46,659 nucleotides of DNA, from assembly GCA_000934665.2 (NCBI GenBank), contig KZ538804.1, positions 1 to 46,659 of the forward strand, given 5' to 3'. Shown piece after piece: positions 12,901 to 24,116 of the stretch; position 1 is the stretch's first letter; every line of letters starts with the position of its first letter. Below the pieces are notes generated by a model that saw only the letters and a list, made by a program, of their open reading frames with translations, was not told the DNA's origin and did not search any database. The translations under genes and the position numbers were made by a program. This DNA is from Catajapyx aquilonaris. Its lineage: Eukaryota.

Positions 12901-14789
12901 GCTCCTGATGAATTCTGCATGGATCCCCTTTCTCTCTTTGGACCAGTGGGTGGCAATCAAATTTGGGGTGGGTCAGAATTCCTCATTTGTGCGGAATTCC
13001 GGATTGTGAGGTGGGGACATCTCAAGGCCGATTTTAATTGGATTGAGAATTTCAAATGAATAGAAGCACAGCAGTAATAATGAAAAGCGCAAAAAAAATT
13101 AAAAAAGCGTAAGGATAATAAAGATGGCTTCCTTATTAACCACGTACTCAGACCGGCCACATATTAAAAGGGCTCTTGTTTCTCATGAAAATGGGCAATC
13201 AGTGTGGCGATTATACCGGAAAGTGCGGATCCATATTCATCAGGGCGGAAAGCATGAATATTGCAAAGCGAGGTGGGGCTGATGCGGTCAAGCCTTCTCT
13301 CGCATATATATAGAGAGAGAGCTACAGGGACTGTGTGATGCTGCAATAATTTCGCGACACAAAAAAATGCGCCATTGTTACAGGACCATCCACAAAGGAA
13401 TTTTGGGGGTGCTCCCGAGAGCTTCATCTTTGATTAATCAAATTAGACCTGTAACTACTAGGCTCCCAAGAGCTTGGGACTGAACATAAAAAAAATTGGG
13501 GGAGGCAAAATCGAGGGGGGGACCTTTGGTTGGAAGGAAGATCATGTCATTTCGTGTCCTTTTCGCTCATTCAAAAGCAGGTTCATTTCTTTGATCTTTT
13601 GCCTCCGGGCACTTTTCACAGAGAGAGAAAAGGGAATGAACAGGGGAGGAGTGTCACGCATCTAATTCCTCATTACAGATCAAAAGGGGCTATTACACTT
13701 GCTCTCGAAATATGCCGCTCAACTATTTGCACATTCTTATTAAGAAGCAGGTCTCATTGCAGTGTACAATATGAAAATGTCGTGTTATGTAATTATTTCA
13801 CCGCACATTATGTACAAATATTTGATCCCCAGCAGTACACACGTTTTGTTCATCCGGTATAAAACCCCACTTTTTTGAAACATGTATAACACATCTCATG
13901 CCCTGAAAGTCCACAAAGCCAAAGCCTCAGTATAATGAAGCCGAAGCGACAACAATCGCGCCCCAAGGTTGGAATTACCTCCCGGCTTTTTTTTAAAACA
14001 AAAACTGAAAATTCGTCGCAAAAATATAGGCCTCTGGACAAAAAATGTAGGAATAAAGGTGGTAAACTACAAAGCGAGATGAAAAATATGCGTCAAATTA
14101 CAGTGCCGCTTGTACCACCCACTCGTGCCAACCTCTGGGAAAATAAAACTGCGGTTAGCGGTTTTACGCACATAAATGTTTATATCGAGCGAAAATTCGG
14201 GGCAGGTATCTGCAACATACAAAAGGCCTAGGGGGGGCTTTTGCGGATAATTTGGCATATGCAACTATCGCGTATATGATTTTGGTTCCGAATTAGGTTC
14301 AGCCAACGGAGAACAAAGTGAGGCTTAAGCATCCGAATATAAGTGGACAGAATACTGACAAACCCCTCTGGAGACTCTCTCGTTTCATAAAAGAAATAAT
14401 TAAAATATATAATCCGTTTTTAGCATGTCCGTAAGTGCATAAGACGGACTGGCATTACAGTAGTAATCTGAAAAACAAGTGCTTTGAGATCATTATGATC
14501 GCGAGGGTTCTGAATATTACAACACGCTTTTTGCGAACCTGCCGGAAGTGAGCCAAGGTAAGCTGGAATATGCAAAATTTGAGAAGCCTCGTTTATGTAT
14601 AGATGAAACGCACAAACATGTCAGACCCGCATGAAAAAAGACGGACGTATAATAAAACTTGCAACGGAGATGTTCAAACACCTGAGGCCTTCTCAAAAAA
14701 ATGCGACAGGCAACATACTTATGCAGCATGATGTGTATGATATTCCCAGAGGCCCTGAGGCATGTAAATGAAGCAAAAAAAGGAAGGGT

Positions 14790-15125
14790 TTTAAAAAAAC
14801 TACTTTTTCTCATCGAAAAAGAGTCTTATACAGAACGGCTCTGCCCGTCCGTCCGTCTGTGGACAGGTATCAGGACCTAAGCCGCAAGAGACATTCGGAT
14901 TCAGCGTGACCAAAATAGGTTCCATGGTCAACTTCCGGTGACCAACCACTTATGGTTTTTCAGGTACACATGCAAGGTCAATATATACATGCAGATTTCC
15001 TCAGCGACGGTGACAACATGTCAGTTGTCCTATCAGAATCGTATCGGGTTTGTCAGCCTCATTTCCCACTGCCCAGCGAGAAAAAGTCTACTCGAATCAC
15101 ATCGGCGTGATTTGCCAAACTTGTC
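14790..15125 (+). mobile_element. DINE-1/HINE-like element, copy 2 (best-preserved 5' end)
   Basis: 5' subTIR ACTTTTTCTC (14802-14811) is followed by a partial inverted copy GAAAAAGAGTCT, then CCGTCCGTCCGTCTGT and the family core. The 3' end has subTIR GAGAAAAAGT and an imperfect hairpin AATCAC-ATCGGC-GTGATT. Confidence 0.82.
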
Positions 15126-15490
15126 TTATCGAGTCGCAATATTTTGCTTATTAAATGCATCCATTTTTTTTAAAATACCTCGTGTGTGCTGTATACAGTT
15201 CACTAAGAGCCAAACTATAGCCGTGTGTGCTTTTACTCCTGGCAGCTTTTGGCATGAACTGAATGATTGAAACATTGCGAAACAAGGCTGGTCGTCAGGC
15301 AGTGAGGCAAGCAGCGCATTGAAAACGCGAGGCTCACAAAGTTGGCGCCTAGTAATGCTCATCACACGCTTCGGGTGAGAGCAAGCACATTAATCATTTC
15401 AGGAATTTGCCAGGGGAATCTCTTCCCTCCCTCCCTCCCTCCCTTTTGCTCCTCCTCCCCCCCTCCTCTTCTGACTAAATGTTGCCAGGC

Positions 15491-15510
15491 CTCTCTCTCT
15501 CTCTCTCTCT
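15491..15510. repeat. (CT)10 microsatellite
   Basis: Perfect dinucleotide run. Shorter CT/GA runs occur at ~32967-32983, ~41761-41790 and ~42959-42973. Confidence 0.95.
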
Positions 15511-16519
15511 ACCTGCTTTATTTCCGCATGGCAAACTCCACGCACACGGGTTTGGCCCACCCGAACTTGTGTGGTGTACACTTCATCCAACCATAGATAC
15601 CCCCAAGCTCCGCTTTAGGGTGTAACAAAGTACAGGGTGGTGCACTGCCCAAATCCAAACAACCTTGTATCCATCAATAGAACACAACAAAATAACTGAT
15701 TAAAATAAGCACGCTTGCTTTTGTTTTCAGCTGGTTTCTAGATTCAACAATCCTTTTCCCTGTTGGAACTGTGGACTTGGGTATATATAGGCCCAACCGG
15801 GACTGTTTGATTCCCAAAGTCCACTCTGGGGCTGGCCTTCATTTTGTGGCCATCTCTGTATTGAGTCCCGGAGGTAACCCGGACGCCAGATAAGCTCCTT
15901 AACCGTCCATCATCCTGTGGGATTGAATCCAAGTGATGGTTTTGGAGGGGGGAGGGGGAGGCTAGCCCTGGAGGGGAGGGGGAGGGAAAAACCAGGATGA
16001 GTAGTGGGACTCTCTGCAGAAATTGGAGTGAAATTCCAACAGTGGAGGCGGCCCAGGCCTCGACTCCATCAAACCAGATCAAAAGGCCAGAACAACCTAG
16101 CCCAACCCAACCCCCACCACCCCCTCATGTCCCTCCCTCCCCCTCTCTACTTCCTATCCAAAATCTACGAACCCCCCAACCCCCACCTCCCCTTGCAGTA
16201 ATCAACGCGGATTATGCGGATTGGACTTTTCCAGAGATAGACAGAGAGGAAGGGGGGAGGGAGAGAGAGGTGTCAATGCGTCATTATACTAATTAATCTG
16301 GATGCCTCCAGGGGAACAAGGGGGAATCCCCGAGGTTTTTTTTAACAAATAGGCGCATGCGCAATGTGTTTACTCCAAGTATTTACCGAGCAAAAAAGGC
16401 CAGTCAAATGGAACCACGGTTATCGCACAGTATTTCCAAGTGAGCGCTTCAAAGGTGTGGTCAACAGCATGGAAGCCGCCATTTTGGCTCCTGAAGCGAC
16501 ATTTGGCCCATATCTGCTT

Positions 16520-17505
16520 ATTTTTTAACTACCTGTTTTAGACATTTAATGGCTATAACCTATCTGCTCATTTAAGCAGTTACATTAGTTGCCATATAGC
16601 TTATTGATTAAGAGCTGCTTTTAGTGGCTATAACTTAGCTGTTCATTTAAGCAGTTACATTGGTGGCCATAAACTAGCTTGTTATTTTTGACTAGTTACT
16701 TTAGTGGCTGTGACTTAGCTGTTCATTGAAGCAGTTACATTGGTGGCTATAAACTAGCTTGTTATTTCAGCTAGTTACTTTAGTGGCTATATATTTAAAT
16801 GCGTATTTAAACAGGTGCATTAGGGGCTCTATACTTAGATGATTGGTTTAACTCGGTTTAACTACACGTAGTTACCATAAGTGGCTATACACTTGGCTGC
16901 TTATTCAAAGCAGTTACTATTAATGGCTATATTTATCCGCTTGTTTAAGCAACAACATTGGTGGCTCACATAAACATAGATGATTAATTCAACTAGTTAT
17001 TTTAGTGGCAGTGACTTGGCTGCTTATTTACGTGACTATAAACTACCGGTAGCTTATCAGTTATTTTAACTATATTTTAACTAACTCGTAGTTACCGGTA
17101 CTTCAGTGGATATAGTTTAACTGCATATTTAAACAGCTACTTTATTGGCTGTATACAGGGTGGTCCAAGTTCAAGTGTCGTTTTATAACAGCGATTAATA
17201 GAAGCGCTTAACGATGACGTAGCAGCGACGTGTAAAGTTGCCCACTTCGATTGCGCCGAAGATGCGCCGAAGTGGGACATTTTACGCGTCGCTGCTACGT
17301 CATCGCAAAATCACTGCTATTAATCGCCGTTATAAAACGACACTTGAACTTGGACCACCCTGTATTGAGCTCGATTGAGCTACTTATTTTAGTGGCTACA
17401 TACGTACCTGCTTATTTTAGCTACGTGTTAGTTGCATTTAGTGGCTGTATACGTAGCAGCTTATTTTAAGTAGTTACTTTTCGTGGCTATAAACTTAGCT
17501 GAATG
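16520..17505. repeat. Degenerate minisatellite, ~39-40 bp monomer in an alternating ~79-80 bp dimer
   Basis: TTTAGTGGCTATAACTTAGCTGTTCATTTAAGCAGTTAC alternates with ATTGGTGGCYATAAACTAGCTTGTTATTT..CTAGTTAC, clearest at 16620-16790 and decaying outward. Interrupted by the MITE at 17156-17362. Confidence 0.88.
17156..17362. mobile_element. 207-bp palindromic Tc1/mariner-type MITE with TA target-site duplication
   Basis: TA|CAGGGTGGTCCAAGTTCAAGTGTCG...CGACACTTGAACTTGGACCACCCTG|TA. The outer 34 bp of the arms are perfectly complementary, and pairing continues with some mismatches to ~94 bp per arm. Confidence 0.93.
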
Positions 17506-20500
17506 TAAGCTGGTAAAAATTGGATGCGGCTTTTGACATACCCGTGATACACGCAAAAAAAAAAAAAAGCTTGCGCATTTTTCCGCGAGGTTGAACTCAG
17601 TGTGCATTTGACCATGAGCCTTGACACAGGCGTCAAAGTGGTCGAGACAGGACACGTCACTGGCCTTCCATGCTGCCAATCTCTTTCCAGCCACTACCTC
17701 GCTGTCTAATGGCCACCATGGATGCCACCATGGGTATATTTTTTCCCCCCTGAAACAACAACAAAAATAATAATTTGTCATATCCAAGCCTACCAGCAGA
17801 ATTTTTCATCGCGCGCTGCTTAGAAGATAGAAGCGACCTGACAGATAACAAATGTAGGCCTCCTCTTCGATCCGGATCGATTTCACCCCCCAAAAAATAC
17901 AGGTACGCGTTTCAATGCACCCACACCCACACACATGCCATATAAAAAAAAGAAAGAAGGGACCGATCATTTGCATACGTGAATCTGACGGACGGCCATT
18001 GTTCCCTTTTTGTCCGCAGTCACTTTTCGGGGGTGCCCGGATCCCCTTTTCCTTGTCACCAAGTCGGACCAAGTCACAAAGGAAAGTGATTGATGTGCGT
18101 GTCCAGCCCCATCGAACACGTTCGGACATAAGGAATGGAAAGAAATATTATAGAGACAACTCCAATGGCTTGGGGAAAAAAACCTTGGCCTGGATATGAC
18201 ACGAAGAATACTTTTTTTTTCAATCTTTGATTTTCGTTACTTATAAACATTGCACGTGCTGATTGGTGCATCTGTACGACCCATCGACAACGACGCTAGT
18301 CTGAACCCAAATCTGATTTCAGCAATTTCACTAACTACACATCCTTTCGCTTCCACTTTGACGAAATTAAGCCTCCGGGCTCCTGTAGTTAAGGTTGTGA
18401 CACTTCTCGATTGTCGCGAAATCTGAGCCGGCAACAACACCCAATCAGCATCTACGGCTTGTGAAGGAAAAAAATCTCCTCCAATGGATGTCATCTACAC
18501 ACTACTTGCACCCATGCAATCGCCAAGGAAAAGCACTCTTCTCCAGGCTGCACTTTACATGCGAATTGAAGAAATCGCAACTTGCAACAAAAAAAAGAGA
18601 GAAAAATCTTGAAGCGAATTGGAATCATAGCTCTAGAAGGAGTCTGCTTCAAGGGAAAAGGAGGTAGAATTCTGCTCCTATTAGAGTCGGTAGCGGTGCT
18701 TTGGGAATCCCCCCCAACTCTGGACTACAACCAATCAGGAGGACCCAGGAATGAAGGGAGACTTTTCCTATAGGGGTTCAAATCGGATTGCCAGACATTT
18801 CCCTGTACTGCTGCTAAGACATGCTCTTTCATCCGAGATCTCTTTTAGTTTACAGATTAAAACCAAGGGGCTGAATGAGAAGCTGCCATAGAAACTGAAA
18901 GTACAAGGTGAATCGAAACTCACTTTAGGTCCCGGCCGCGACCAACCCTGCTGTGCAAAATGTGAGAAATGCATATGGACTTGCAGGGGTGTCAAAGAGA
19001 TGAAAAGCGATGCCAGGGAACGTACTTTTTGATCTGAGTGATTTTTATTCGAAGGCTGTGTGAAGTTTTATATGGCTGCGCAGGGGAGCCAGAGAGGAGC
19101 TGTTATGCATGCCAATAACGTTGGAAGCGATATCCAAAGGTGGATGAACTTTATATATATTTTTTTCTGCGGATGACAATCGGAGTGTCGAATCTGCGAA
19201 AAGGCAGAAAAAAGGGGGGTTACGACCTCTCTGGTTCGAGTGTAAAGTGGTACAGGGTGCTCCGATATTATTCAGTTTATAAAACAACCAGCAGGACACC
19301 CGTTGTTCGCAAGGTGATTGATCAAACATCATGAAAAACAAAACAAAAATCCTAAATTTGGATAGACTTTAACAAGTGCAGTTTTCGGATTTTCCCCTCA
19401 ATCAGTGTGGCAAGTTTCATCACTCTCGGTACTCTTGAAGTGGGAAAGATAGCCCAGGCATACAGACAAACTTTGTGCTTTATATATGTAAGAAGGTGGT
19501 TGGTTTTGCTCGCATCGTTACGCTGAAGAAAATATTCGTTCCAATCACTCCCGTGCATTAAAGGTGTGGAAGGTACCTATAAAACTGATAACGGATCGTC
19601 TGTTGAAACTCGCAAATTATAACCTACTTGTTGATGTACACACAAAAAATGCCAGGGTGTGGTTCCCATAACAACAATCAGGGCGATAAGAGGGTGCTGT
19701 AATTTTTTTTAGTGCATTATAAGCACGTACGCACAAATCATACTCTCGCGGGAGTGTAACGATCAGTTTCCGAACACCATGAAATAGTTCAGGTGAAAAA
19801 CAAGATGAATGAAGCAATTTACTTGGCAACGGGAGGCAAAGTAGAGTTTGTCGCCTTCGATAATTAACTGCAAAGAAGGTAGGGGTGGGTAATCCTAGGG
19901 AGCCAGACAAGGCCACGCCTAGCTCATTCGGATTATGAAGGCATCGGATTAAGACCGGTTGCTCCAGAAAAACAATCCGGCTACAAAATTGCAATTTTTT
20001 TGCCTTCAAAAAAATTAGGAGGGTGTGACTGACTTCTGGCAGAAATAAGATGCCAACTCTCGTTGGGGAATAAATCACTGATTTTTTTCCCCCCTCCACA
20101 ACTCGAATCCAAGCTCATGACAAACTGTCTGCGTCCACTCTCCATGTACTCACGTATTACGAGGGGACGGACAGTTTCATATTGCTACACCAGTAACTGT
20201 GTGACATGCGATTAGAATCTCCCATTTTAGCCGCAATATATCATCCGCTTATCCTACTCATTTATGGTCAGGTCCTCCTCCCCTGCTGGGTGCGTTTTTG
20301 TCTAACTCGAAATTCCATTCCCAAACACCCACAAGTAGGCCACCTGCGTCATCTTGTCAATGCTTTTGAAATTCCATTAGTCAAATTTTTTTAGTTGCAA
20401 AAACTCATGAAGCACCGACACAAATTAATGTAAACCCAGAAGGTACACAAAACTTTGTCATCGAGTGATATTCTCCTCCTTATGACTGCTCCGGGCAATA

Positions 20501-23500
20501 ATCACACGTTAGCAAATTTTACTGCGGCTAATATTCTTGGGAGCCTGGTCGCTTATACGGCCGACTATTAAACCTCAAAACGACCGCGAAAACAGGAGGC
20601 CATAATCTTTTGCCCAGGCAACAACCAAACCCGCAAAAAAAAACTGGGTTTATCCGGGAGCCAATAAGCATCCCGGATAACCCAGTATCCAAAATCTTCC
20701 AGGCAGAAATAACGGAGAAAAAAATGGTTATATTCGCAAGGGAAGGGCCAAACTCTCCTTTCGTGATCGTAAGCCCTGTGTCATTGATTATCCGATTACC
20801 GCTCCCCGTGTGTTCAGATTGCCCGTGTCGTGAAACAATCGGTTACGAGGCGCTCGGCCTGGTCCGCCAGATAAAAAAAAGTCTTTGTAAAAAAAATAAA
20901 AAGATAGGGAAAAAAAGGGGAAAAGCAGGGGGGTGTTTATGCGGACCTAAATCATCTCTTGCAACACCGAAAAGGCGGGAAATACTCATAACTTCCGCTA
21001 CGTTGCGAGCTGATGCTTGATGTTTTGCTAACAAAAGCTTCTTTTTTTGGGTACCCAAGGGAGTATATGACACACTCAATAAAATCTTGGTGGACTGGGC
21101 GCGATATTCATGGTTGACGGAATCCACGGGGCTTGAAACGACCAAGCGATCAAAAATCAGTTAGGCACACAATCATAAAGACAGATTTGGATCGAGTTGT
21201 TTTTTTTAGTGTGTGCGATTTCCTCATGCGTTATTGTACATTTTGTGGCAGCCACCAGTTATTGTTTTGCCGATTTACGAAAAAAAAGACGCATCTGCAT
21301 AATGCGATTATGGCTATAAGGCCAGGAAAGTTGAAAGAAAACACGACCCTAATCATATTGTGCGAAACTTCCATTTTTTATATAGTAGGATGGCAGAAAA
21401 TGGGCTGGATTGGCCAAAAAAATGCAAGTTGTACAGTCGTGTAAAATATTGCCAAACTCGTTATTAGATTCAGTTCATATTTGATACAATAGCAAAAAAA
21501 TTATTTTACATTCGCAGGAAAAATTTCGCTGAAAATGTCACTAATCTGCGGATTAACACGAAGTAGGCTATTTACATCATGGATGAAAATGTGCAACATT
21601 TTCAGAGTATTACGGGTAATGACTAGAATTTTAAAAAATAATGCTTTCCACATACGTCGCCTCAGTTACGCAAACCCACATTGGTCTGTAGGTGCAACTG
21701 ACGTATAAAACGTTTAGCTAGCAGGTAAAGCTCTCTCTCCAGAGTTTAAAAAAAGAGGTAGTAATGCCTTGGTACTTTGTGACAATGCGCTGGGAAGCTT
21801 TTGAGGCTTGCGGTCTGCTATATAGGAACGGTAATCTCATTATTACTGCATACTGGAGGCATATTCATTGCCCCGTATACTGCCAGGGCTTTTTTTGGAC
21901 CCCGCAACGCAACCTCTTTTCAGGCCGCACAGAGCTGCACGTTGCCGAAAACTCAGAACAATTCTGGTACAGTGCGTAGCCCTCTCGGTTTATACATATA
22001 GGTCTCTCTACTTTGACAATATTTACACACGGGATGTTGCTCCAACAACTCGATTTCTTCCGGCGACACTTTGAAGCCAGCATCAAAGGAAAGGCTGTCA
22101 AATGGCTGGATTTTAATCCACTTTATACCTCAATTACAGCGTGTTCTCCTACTGCTTCGTGACTATTTTTTTTGAACTAAATTTACTACGAACAGTAATA
22201 AAAATGTGGATTGCAATTTTTGGCAGATTTTTTTTTACTTTTTCTAACTACGATCCACTGTGCGATTATCAGGTGAGACACTCTTTTTTCCGCAATGTTT
22301 GGCAGAAACGGGGCCGATTTTCCGCAATTAGGCTTTGGTTTGCGTGACTCAACCCCCTGAAGCAGCATCCCCTCCAGGTCCTGAAACTTAAACTGAAATC
22401 CCTTGGTAAAGAAGAATGGGCGAGAGAGACACAAAAAAAGGAGAGGAGGGGCCGGCAGCATAAGCAGTTTAAACAAGGAAATGAGAATCCGGCCGGGCAG
22501 AAAACGCGAGGGTAATTCGCATCGGTGGAAAATCGGCCAAACCCTCGTTTTTCGGGGGGAGGGTTTGGGGAGGCTGTGTGTGTGTTTGGCCTTAAGTCTT
22601 CTCGGGTTTCTCCTTTTATCACATTTTGTCATTCCAGTCGTCTCTTGCTCCTTTATTCCCATCACAAGCAGACTTAAAGGGAAGGAGGGATTCCAGGCCG
22701 CAAAACCTCCCCGAAGAACAAGGTTCAGGCAAGCAGGAAAGGCTTGTTTATCTTTCCGTGGTGTCTCGCTTTGTAAGCAGTTCCGTTAAGTTGATGCTAC
22801 CTTGGTTAATTAGGCCTCAACAGAAACGGCGGCCGAATCAATCGGATCAGCCATTGCGACGCGGTTGGCCCAATCACAGGCCAGAACAGAGATCAAGGAG
22901 AAAACTCCAGCAAGCCTGAAACAGGACCACGGACAATACAAAAGGGACTGTACATTTCGTACAGAACAGAAAAGACACTGTTAACTCGAATTCTGTTTCA
23001 ACAGTTAAATTTTAGTGTTACAGATACCCCCTCGTATATTCACAACGCTCGGGGGACGCATACAGACATGCTGGCAACTAGTTTAATTACACGTAGTGGC
23101 ACACAAGTTCACGTGGCTGTTTGGTACAATTTAATTCCAGGTTTAACATGTCATGCGGGAGGTGTTGCAATCTGTGGAGCTCTTGCCCAGGACGCAGTGG
23201 TGGGGATGACTTCATGGCTGGGAGGGTACCATCCAGCTTAATATCATGGTGGCTATTTTCCGATGGGATCCTCCAGCTAGCCCATAAGGAGGGATCGGAT
23301 TTCGCACACAAGTCTGGCCGCCTCTCACTTTTGATCTGATCAAAAAAAAAATCCAGCTCAAGCTCCCCCCCTCTTCAACCTCCTCAAACTTTTCCTCCAC
23401 TCCATTTCGGCCTGTCTTCATCCATTACTCCGCGATTACCTTAGGATTACGTCCAATTACATGAGACGACATTGCCTGAAATACCGTCTTGACTACAGAT

Positions 23501-23826
23501 GAGCAGCCAGCCCCAGCTTGAGAAAAACGGATTCCTCTTTTCTCTTTTGGACTCCTCCAAAAAAGAGGGTCATTTTGTAGATTCCTACCTCTCCCTACAG
23601 CCACTTTTGCCAAGGTGCTTCATTAGCAAGCCCTCCTCCTTCCCCTTTTTTTCCTTCCATTTTCCAGGGGACTAGTTTTGTTTCGCGTCGGGATAAAATG
23701 TAGCGAAAAGTCTGCCGATTTCCTAATCTCTACAAGTGCGGAGAAAATCACTTTCACGGAACCTCTCTTGCTCACCTGGAATTCCCCTCTCGATTATTTA
23801 ACATTTTGCTAAGAAGAAGTTCAATA

Positions 23827-24116
23827 TTTAAGACCTTTTCTCCACGAAATAGTGTCCGTCTGTCTGTGGACAGGTATCAGAGCCTAAACCGCAAGATATA
23901 TCGACAAACTGTTTTCGGATTCGGATTCAGGGTGACCAAAATATGTTCCATGGTCAACTTACCGCGTTTAAATCAGATTCCTTGGCAACGGGAAATGAGA
24001 TTGACAACAATCAACAATCGCATCGTGTCGTATCGGGTTTGTCAGGCTCATTTCCCGCTATCCAATGAGAAAAAGTCTACTCGAATCACGCTCGCTGTGA
24101 TTTCCCAATCTTGTTT
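23827..24116 (+). mobile_element. DINE-1/HINE-like element, copy 3
   Basis: 5' TAAGACCTTTTCTC is nearly the reverse complement of 3' GAGAAAAAGTCTA. Also has GTCCGTCTGTCTGT, the family core, an internal inverted repeat CGGGAAATGAG..TGACAA / TTGTCA..CTCATTTCCCG, and the 3' hairpin AATCACGCTCGCTGTGATT. Confidence 0.82.

Noticed and set aside
12247..14591. 15-bp inverted match CGAGGCTTCTCAAAT / ATTTGAGAAGCCTCG about 2.3 kb apart
   Set aside because: The match does not extend, there is no TSD and no transposase remnant between; not enough to call an element.
15760..15790. Minus-strand TATATATA followed by an Inr-like CAGTT
   Set aside because: Spacing of about 18 bp is too short for a TATA-Inr core promoter.
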